A stretch of DNA of 32,000 nucleotides from positions 2,077,436 to 2,109,435 of the forward strand of contig NC_003902.1 in assembly GCF_000007145.1 (NCBI RefSeq), given 5' to 3'. Source of the DNA: Xanthomonas campestris pv. campestris str. ATCC 33913 (GTDB taxonomy: Bacteria; Pseudomonadota; Gammaproteobacteria; Xanthomonadales; Xanthomonadaceae). Both the position numbers and the translations under genes were made by a program. The notes under the pieces are model-generated. The model was not told where the DNA came from. It ran no database searches and saw nothing but the letters and a program-made list of their open reading frames with translations. Shown piece after piece: positions 26,172-32,000 of the stretch; the first letter of the stretch is position 1, and the number at the start of each line of letters is the position of its first letter.

Positions 26172-27479
26172 ATGATGTTCATCTCTACCCGTGGCGCCGC
26201 ACCTGCCGTGAGCCTGAGCCAGGCGATCGCCGCCGGCCTGGCCCCGGACGGCGGCCTGTACGTGCCGCAGACCCTGCCGCCGGCGCGCACCCTGCAGGCC
26301 GGCGCAACGCTGGCCGACACGGCCACCACACTGCTGCAGCCGTTCTTCGAAGGTGACGCGCTGGCAGGCGAGCTGGCGGCCATCTGCGCCGAAGCGTTCG
26401 ATTTCCCGGCGCCGCTGGTGCCGCTGGCCACGCCGGGCGACTACGCGCTGGAGCTATTCCATGGCCCCACCGCGGCCTTCAAAGATTTTGGTGCGCGGTT
26501 TCTGGCCGCTTGTCTGACGCGGCTGCGGCGCGCCGAAGACCGCCCGCTGACCATTCTGGTGGCTACCTCCGGCGATACCGGCGCGGCCGTGGCGGCGGCG
26601 TTCCATCGGCAGCCCGGCCTGCGGGTGGTGGTGCTGTATCCGGATGGCCGCGTGTCGCCCCGGCAGGCGCATCAGCTGGGCTGCTTCGGCGACAACATCC
26701 AGGCATTGCGTGTGGCCGGCACCTTCGACGACTGCCAGGCCATGGTCAAGCAGGCCTTGAACGATGGCGAGCTGCAGGCGCAGCTGCCGCTGAGTTCGGC
26801 CAATAGCATCAGCCTGGGGCGGCTGCTGCCGCAGATGAGCTACTACGCGCACGCAGCGCTGCAGCACCACGCTGGCTCCGGGGCCGCATTGAACCTGGTG
26901 GTGCCCACCGGCAACCTGGGCAACGGCCTGGCCGCGATCCTGGCACGCGCGCTCGGCGTGCCGCTGGGCCAGATCGTGCTGGCGTCCAACGCCAACCATG
27001 TGTTGCCCGACTACTTCGCCGGCGACGACTACGCACCGCAACCCAGCGTGGCCACCGTGGCCAACGCGATGGACGTGGGTGCACCCAGCAATTTCGAACG
27101 CCTGCGTTGGCTGTATGACGGCGACGATGCGGCCCTGCGCGAGGCGTTCCGTGCGCTGTCGGTGGATGACACGGCGATCCGCCATACCGTGCAGCAACGC
27201 TTCGCACGCTACGGCGAGGTGCATTGCCCGCATACCGCCACCGCCGTGCACGTACTGGAGCAATTGCGCGCGGAAGGGGTCGAGGGCGGCACCGGCGACT
27301 GGGCGGTGGCGGCCACGGCGCACCCGGCCAAGTTCGAGGCGGTGGTGGAGCCACTGATCGGCCGCGCGGTGGAGATTCCGCCGGCGCTGGCGGCGCTGTT
27401 GCAGCGTCCGGCGCATGCCGAACCGCTGGCACCGGACTACCTGGCGTTCCGGCAGCGTCTGCTCGCGGATGCGCCCTGA
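26172..27479 (+). CDS. thrC: threonine synthase
   Basis: 435-aa ORF: MMFISTRG.., the PLP-lysine context GPTAAFKDFGARF, and TSGDTGAA. GGAG lies upstream of the ATG. Confidence 0.9.
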   Translation: MMFISTRGAAPAVSLSQAIAAGLAPDGGLYVPQTLPPARTLQAGATLADTATTLLQPFFEGDALAGELAAICAEAFDFPAPLVPLATPGDYALELFHGPTAAFKDFGARFLAACLTRLRRAEDRPLTILVATSGDTGAAVAAAFHRQPGLRVVVLYPDGRVSPRQAHQLGCFGDNIQALRVAGTFDDCQAMVKQALNDGELQAQLPLSSANSISLGRLLPQMSYYAHAALQHHAGSGAALNLVVPTGNLGNGLAAILARALGVPLGQIVLASNANHVLPDYFAGDDYAPQPSVATVANAMDVGAPSNFERLRWLYDGDDAALREAFRALSVDDTAIRHTVQQRFARYGEVHCPHTATAVHVLEQLRAEGVEGGTGDWAVAATAHPAKFEAVVEPLIGRAVEIPPALAALLQRPAHAEPLAPDYLAFRQRLLADAP

Positions 27480-27578
27480 CCGAACACGTTCAGCCAGCCG
27501 GGGTTGGAAACCGGGCCGGATGCGGCTATCTCTAGGGGGTGCGGGCCCACGTGGCACCGCGTCCCTGTGGGTTGTTGC

Positions 27579-28319
27579 ATGTCTTATCGATTGATCGCCG
27601 TTGCCGCCGCGCTGTGCGGATGGGCAACAGCCGGCACGGCGGGTGCCGCCGACGCCATCGCTGCCTCGCCTGTGTCGCCCCTGGGCACACCGCAGGCAGG
27701 CCTGGTCGATGCACTGGCCCGCCAGGCACCGGCGCTGGACCGGCAGGTCCTGGCCCTGGCCACCGAAGCCCTGCAATGCGCGCGTCAACGCCAGCAGGTG
27801 GGCACCGAGCGGGTGCTCAGCGTCATCGACTACAGCCGCCCCTCCACCGAGCGGCGGCTGTGGGTGTTCGATCTGGCCCGCCAGCGGCTGTTGTTCGAAG
27901 AGTGGGTGGCGCATGGGCGCAATACCGGCAACAACCTGGCTGCGAAATTCTCCAACGACGACGGCAGTTTCCAGTCCAGCCTTGGCGCTTTTACCGCGCA
28001 GGAGGCCTACACCGGCCACAACGGCTACTCGCTGCGCCTGAAGGGGTTGGAGCCTGGCTTCAACGACCATGCACGCGACCGCGCGATCGTGATCCACGGT
28101 GCGCCGTATGTCAGCGAAGCGGTGATCCGCAGCCAGGGCCGGCTGGGCCGCAGCCTGGGGTGCCCGGCGGTACGGCCGGCGGTGGCCAAACAGTTGATCG
28201 ATACCTTGCGCGAAGGCGCCTTCGTGTTCGCCTATTACCCGGACCGTGCCTGGTTGCGCCAATCGCGCCTGTTGAGTGGCGGTTGCGGCGCTGCCGTTGC
28301 CAGCGTGGGTGGGCGCTAG
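27579..28319 (+). CDS. secreted YkuD-like L,D-transpeptidase catalytic-domain protein
   Basis: Lies within ORF 27504..28319 (TTG start in the track). The ATG at 27579 gives a signal peptide, MSYRLIAVAAALCGWATAGTAGAADA. The catalytic-type motif IHGAPYV...GRSLGCPAV (His...Ser-x-Gly-Cys) is present. Confidence 0.7.
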   Translation: MSYRLIAVAAALCGWATAGTAGAADAIAASPVSPLGTPQAGLVDALARQAPALDRQVLALATEALQCARQRQQVGTERVLSVIDYSRPSTERRLWVFDLARQRLLFEEWVAHGRNTGNNLAAKFSNDDGSFQSSLGAFTAQEAYTGHNGYSLRLKGLEPGFNDHARDRAIVIHGAPYVSEAVIRSQGRLGRSLGCPAVRPAVAKQLIDTLREGAFVFAYYPDRAWLRQSRLLSGGCGAAVASVGGR

Positions 28320-28410
28320 GGGCGCTGCGGCTGGCGTTGCCGGAGATGTCGCAGCCAGCGATTGCGATGCTTGCCCGCTCCGTTTCGCCGCCAGCGCATG
28401 GCGGCCGGGC

Positions 28411-29172
28411 TCAGACCTCGTCGCCGGCCAGCTTGCGTAGCGCCGGGTAGTCCAGGATCTGCACCAGATGCAGCTGGGGCAGGGCGATCAGGTGCTGCTG
28501 CTTGAGCTTGGTGAAGGTGCGGCTCACCGTTTCCATGGTCAGGCCGAGATGGTCGGCGATGTCGCTGCGGCTCATCGGCAGCGCCACGGTGTCGCCGGAT
28601 GCGCCCGGGCGGGTGGAGCGTGCGGCCAGGCGCAGCAGGAAGTGCGCCAGCCGTTCGCTGGGTTGCAGGCGCGCCAGCAGCAGGCCGGTGTCCTGCGCTG
28701 CGGCCAGTTCCATGCCAGCACGCTGCAACAACTTGCGTTCCAGGCTTGGGTAGCGCTCGCGGAGCTGACGCATCTGCGCCAACGGCGTGCGGCAGACCCG
28801 GCTGTCGATGATGGCTTCGATATCGTGGCGATGGTGGCTGGTTTCGGTGAGCCCGACATAGTCGCCGGGCAGCACGAAGCCGGTGATCTGGCGTCGCCCA
28901 TCGGCCAGGGTGCGCACCATGCGCAGCGCCCCGGAAGTCACGGTGTAGACGTGGTGGCGCGCCTCGCCGGCCCGCACCAGCGCGCTGCCGGTGGCATAGG
29001 CCTGCGCGCTGGTGGCCTGGTCCAGCGCGGCCATCTCTTGCTCCGAGAGCGCCGCGCAGATCGCCCGGCCGCGCACCGCACACAACGCGCATTCGGAGTC
29101 ACGGGCGGTGGCGCCAGTGGCCTCGGCCGGGGCCGGGCAGGTCACGCTGGGGTCTGGAAGCTGCCGGTACAT
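28411..29172 (-). CDS. Crp/Fnr-family transcriptional regulator with an N-terminal Cys cluster
   Basis: This is the C-terminal 253 aa of ORF 28411..30396. It has the cluster [12 protein letters not shown], a cNMP-binding-like fold, and the [26 protein letters not shown]. Start chosen at the ATG at 29170-29172 (MYRQLPDP); an alternative ATG lies at 29209-29211. Confidence 0.75.
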   Translation of the reverse strand: MYRQLPDPSVTCPAPAEATGATARDSECALCAVRGRAICAALSEQEMAALDQATSAQAYATGSALVRAGEARHHVYTVTSGALRMVRTLADGRRQITGFVLPGDYVGLTETSHHRHDIEAIIDSRVCRTPLAQMRQLRERYPSLERKLLQRAGMELAAAQDTGLLLARLQPSERLAHFLLRLAARSTRPGASGDTVALPMSRSDIADHLGLTMETVSRTFTKLKQQHLIALPQLHLVQILDYPALRKLAGDEV

Positions 29173-29280
29173 GGGCCACGCACTGCTGGGACGCGGCGAA
29201 TGATACGCCATGCGGTCAGCACGGCCGCCCAGCCGGTAGAATTGCGCGTTCGCCCCACTCGATACGCAGGAGTTTCGCTC

Positions 29281-30714
29281 GTGATCAAGCCCCGTACGCC
29301 GCCCGGCATCATGGAATTGCTGCCGCGCGAGCAGATCGCGTTCCAGCGCATGCTGGACGTCATCCGCCGCAACTACGAGCGGTTCGGGTTCCTGCCGGTG
29401 GAAACCCCGGTGTTCGAGCTCTCCGATGTGCTGCTGACCAAATCCGGCGGCGAAACCGAGCGCCAGGTGTATTTCGTGCAGTCCACCGGCGCGCTGGCCA
29501 ATGCCGCCGCGGCTGCCGACGAGGGCGCCGAGAGTGGCGGCCTGCCGGAGCTGGCGCTGCGCTTCGACCTGACCGTGCCGCTGGCCCGCTATGTGGCCGA
29601 GCACGAGCACGAATTGAGCTTTCCGTTCCGCCGTTACCAGATGCAGCGCGTGTACCGCGGCGAGCGCGCCCAGCGTGGCCGCTTCCGCGAGTTCTACCAG
29701 TGCGACATCGACGTGATCGGCAAGGATGCGCTGAGCATCCGCTACGACGCCGAAGTGCTGGCGGTGATCCACGCGGTGTTCGCCGAGCTGGGCATTGGCG
29801 ATTTCAAGGTGCAGTTGAACAACCGCAAGCTGCTGCGCGGCTTTTTCGAAAGCCTGGGCGTGGCCGAGGGCGAGCTGCAGCTGGCGGTGCTGCGCGAGGT
29901 CGACAAGATCGACAAGCGCGGCGCCGAGTACGTGCGCGACACCTTGGCCGGCGAAGGCTTCGGCATTGCGGCCGCGCAGGTGGACAAGATTCTGGCCTTC
30001 GTGGCGGTGCGCTCCAACGGGCATGCCGATGCGCTGGCACAGTTGCAGGCGCTGGAGACCTCGGTGGGCGCGAGCGTAACGCTGGGCGAGGGCATTGCCG
30101 AGTTGCGTGAGGTGCTGGAACTGGTCAAGGCGCTGGGCGTGCCCGAGACCGCCTACTGCCTGAATTTCTCGATCGCGCGTGGGTTGGATTACTACACCGG
30201 CACCGTCTACGAGACCACGCTGACCGATCACCCGCAGATCGGCTCGATCTGCTCGGGCGGCCGGTACGAAAACCTGGCCAGCCACTACACCAAGTCCAAG
30301 CTGCCGGGCGTGGGCATTTCCATTGGCTTGACGCGGTTGTTCTGGCAGCTGCGCGAGGCCGGCCTGATCGCCGGGATCGCCGAGAGCAGCGTGCACGCGA
30401 TGGTGGCGCTGATGGACGAGTCGCGCCTGGATGATGCGCTGGATATCGCGCGCCGCCTACGCATTGGCGGCATCAATACCGAAGTGCAGATGGAGCCAAA
30501 GAAGGTCGGCAAGCAGTTCCAGTACGCCGCGCGTGCGGGCATCCGCTTTGTGGTGCTGGCCGGCGACGACGAGCTGGCGCGTGGCGTGGTGGCGGTGAAG
30601 GACCTGGTGCGCGAGCAGCAGTTCGACGTGGCCCGCGACGAGCTGGCCAGCACGTTGCAGGTGGAGCTGGAGCAGGCCAAGGCGATGCTGGTGTCGGGGA
30701 TCGCGGCGAACTGA
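29281..30714 (+). CDS. hisS: histidine--tRNA ligase
   Basis: Lies within ORF 28468..30714. Start chosen at the GTG at 29281, with AGGAG 8 nt upstream ([18 protein letters not shown]..). Class II motifs are present: [25 protein letters not shown] and GGRYENL. 477 aa. Confidence 0.85.
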   Translation: MIKPRTPPGIMELLPREQIAFQRMLDVIRRNYERFGFLPVETPVFELSDVLLTKSGGETERQVYFVQSTGALANAAAAADEGAESGGLPELALRFDLTVPLARYVAEHEHELSFPFRRYQMQRVYRGERAQRGRFREFYQCDIDVIGKDALSIRYDAEVLAVIHAVFAELGIGDFKVQLNNRKLLRGFFESLGVAEGELQLAVLREVDKIDKRGAEYVRDTLAGEGFGIAAAQVDKILAFVAVRSNGHADALAQLQALETSVGASVTLGEGIAELREVLELVKALGVPETAYCLNFSIARGLDYYTGTVYETTLTDHPQIGSICSGGRYENLASHYTKSKLPGVGISIGLTRLFWQLREAGLIAGIAESSVHAMVALMDESRLDDALDIARRLRIGGINTEVQMEPKKVGKQFQYAARAGIRFVVLAGDDELARGVVAVKDLVREQQFDVARDELASTLQVELEQAKAMLVSGIAAN

Positions 30715-30740
30715 TCGCGCCCATTGCACGGGCGTTGCGG

Positions 30741-30780
30741 GCAGCTGGCCGGAGCGATCTGGCCGGCTGCTTTCGTTTTC
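30741..30780 (+). terminator. rho-independent terminator of hisS
   Basis: 12-bp stem, GCAGCTGGCCGG / CTGGCCGGCTGC (two G.U pairs), with loop AGCGAT, followed by TTTCGTTTTC. It begins 27 nt after the hisS stop. Confidence 0.7.
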
Positions 30781-30793
30781 GGGGCAGGATGCG

Positions 30794-30829
30794 TGGCGGT
30801 GGCGGTGGCGGTGGCGGTGGCGGTGGCGC
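30794..30829. repeat. hexanucleotide microsatellite (TGGCGG)5 plus one imperfect unit
   Basis: TGGCGG occurs at 30794, 30800, 30806, 30812 and 30818, followed by TGGCGC at 30824. The repeat is intergenic, between the hisS terminator and the TrpR-like gene. Confidence 0.9.
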
Positions 30830-30918
30830 TGCGGTAGCGATACCAGGGCGCGTCCGTGCAGGGCGCTCTGCATGAACACCGCAAGTTCGCCCGCTTGTCC
30901 TCATGGCCCCGTTTGCGC

Positions 30919-30944
30919 TAATGTACTAACACGCTATTACATTA
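30919..30944. promoter_or_regulatory. AT-rich inverted repeat (candidate operator) abutting the TrpR-like gene start
   Basis: TAATGTACTA (30919-30928), a 6-nt spacer ACACGC, then TATTACATTA (30935-30944). The arms are complementary at 9 of 10 positions. The half-site TGTACTA resembles the E. coli trp operator half-site. It ends 5 nt before the ATG at 30950. Confidence 0.45.
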
Positions 30945-30949
30945 ACGCG

Positions 30950-31276
30950 ATGAAACAACGACCTGCTCCCCGCGAAAGTACCGATGTCGCCGCCTCGCTG
31001 AAGATGCTGTCCGAGGCACTGGCCTGCCTGGAGGCGCCCGGCGCCGTCGAGGCCTTCCTGCGTGACCTGTGCACGCCGGCCGAACTCGAAGCCATGTCCG
31101 ACCGCTGGCGGGTGGTGCCGTTGCTGGTCAAGGGCGTGCCGTATCGCGAGATCCATGACCTGACCCAGGTCAGCGTCACCACCATCGGGCGTGTCGCGCG
31201 CACCCTGGAACACGGCGCCGGCGGCTATGCCGCGGCCCTGCGCGAGCAATCGTCGCGCCCTGTCGAATCCCACTGA
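30950..31276 (+). CDS. TrpR-related YerC/YecD-family DNA-binding protein
   Basis: Lies within ORF 30872..31276. Start chosen at the ATG at 30950 (MKQRPAPRES..). The conserved core is FLRDLCTPAELEAMSDRWRVV..GVPYREI..TQVSVTTIGRVARTLEHGAGGY. 108 aa. Confidence 0.75.
   Translation: MKQRPAPRESTDVAASLKMLSEALACLEAPGAVEAFLRDLCTPAELEAMSDRWRVVPLLVKGVPYREIHDLTQVSVTTIGRVARTLEHGAGGYAAALREQSSRPVESH

Positions 31277-32000
<724 letters not shown>

Noticed and set aside
28320-28410. Hairpins between the convergent YkuD-like and Fnr-like genes (for example CCGCCA-gcgca-TGGCGG), considered as terminators.
   Set aside because: The stems are short (5-6 bp) and no U tract follows on either strand. That is too weak to call.
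30457-30904. Minus-strand ORFs encoding HRHRHRHRHR, PPPPPPPPPPP or ATATATATAT runs.
   Set aside because: These are translations of the intergenic (TGGCGG)n microsatellite in three frames. They overlap the hisS 3' end and its terminator, and nothing else supports them as coding.

Overview
High-GC, Xanthomonas-like chromosomal window; the taxon is inferred from GC content, gene content and gene order, with no database search. Everything below comes from reading the sequence and the ORF track by eye.

Core housekeeping genes lie at both ends. On the left, all on the minus strand, are pyrD, a SAM methyltransferase, a small DUF4190-like membrane protein and an ALDH7-type aldehyde dehydrogenase. 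On the right are tspO, a Thr/Ile-rich leader plus thrA-thrB, an antisense EthD gene, thrC, a YkuD-like L,D-transpeptidase, a Crp/Fnr regulator, hisS, a TrpR-like YerC gene and the start of hisG.

Between them, starting right after a tRNA-Arg(CCT), is an accessory segment of about 16.6 kb (4209-20833). It carries a decayed two-partner-secretion / contact-dependent-inhibition-like locus:
- fhaC (TpsB) and a 2.9k-aa fhaB/TpsA. The TpsA contains a 777-bp tandem super-repeat, and its 3' end is cut off by an IS3-family (IS407-group) element that has no target-site duplication.
- A gene of roughly one-third GC that resembles a polymorphic-toxin immunity protein. It has lost its 5' end and is split by an IS5-family insertion.
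- A high-GC orphan fhaB/cdiA-like pretoxin fragment, split by an IS10-like IS4-family element with an intact 9-bp duplication.

No toxin domain, CRISPR array, rRNA or integrase was recognised. I found no clearly novel intact system. The most interesting content is the IS-eroded toxin/immunity architecture and several regulatory signals: a thr attenuator, a terminator between fhaC and fhaB, a palindrome in front of the TrpR-like gene and hisG, and an apparent tspO frameshift.
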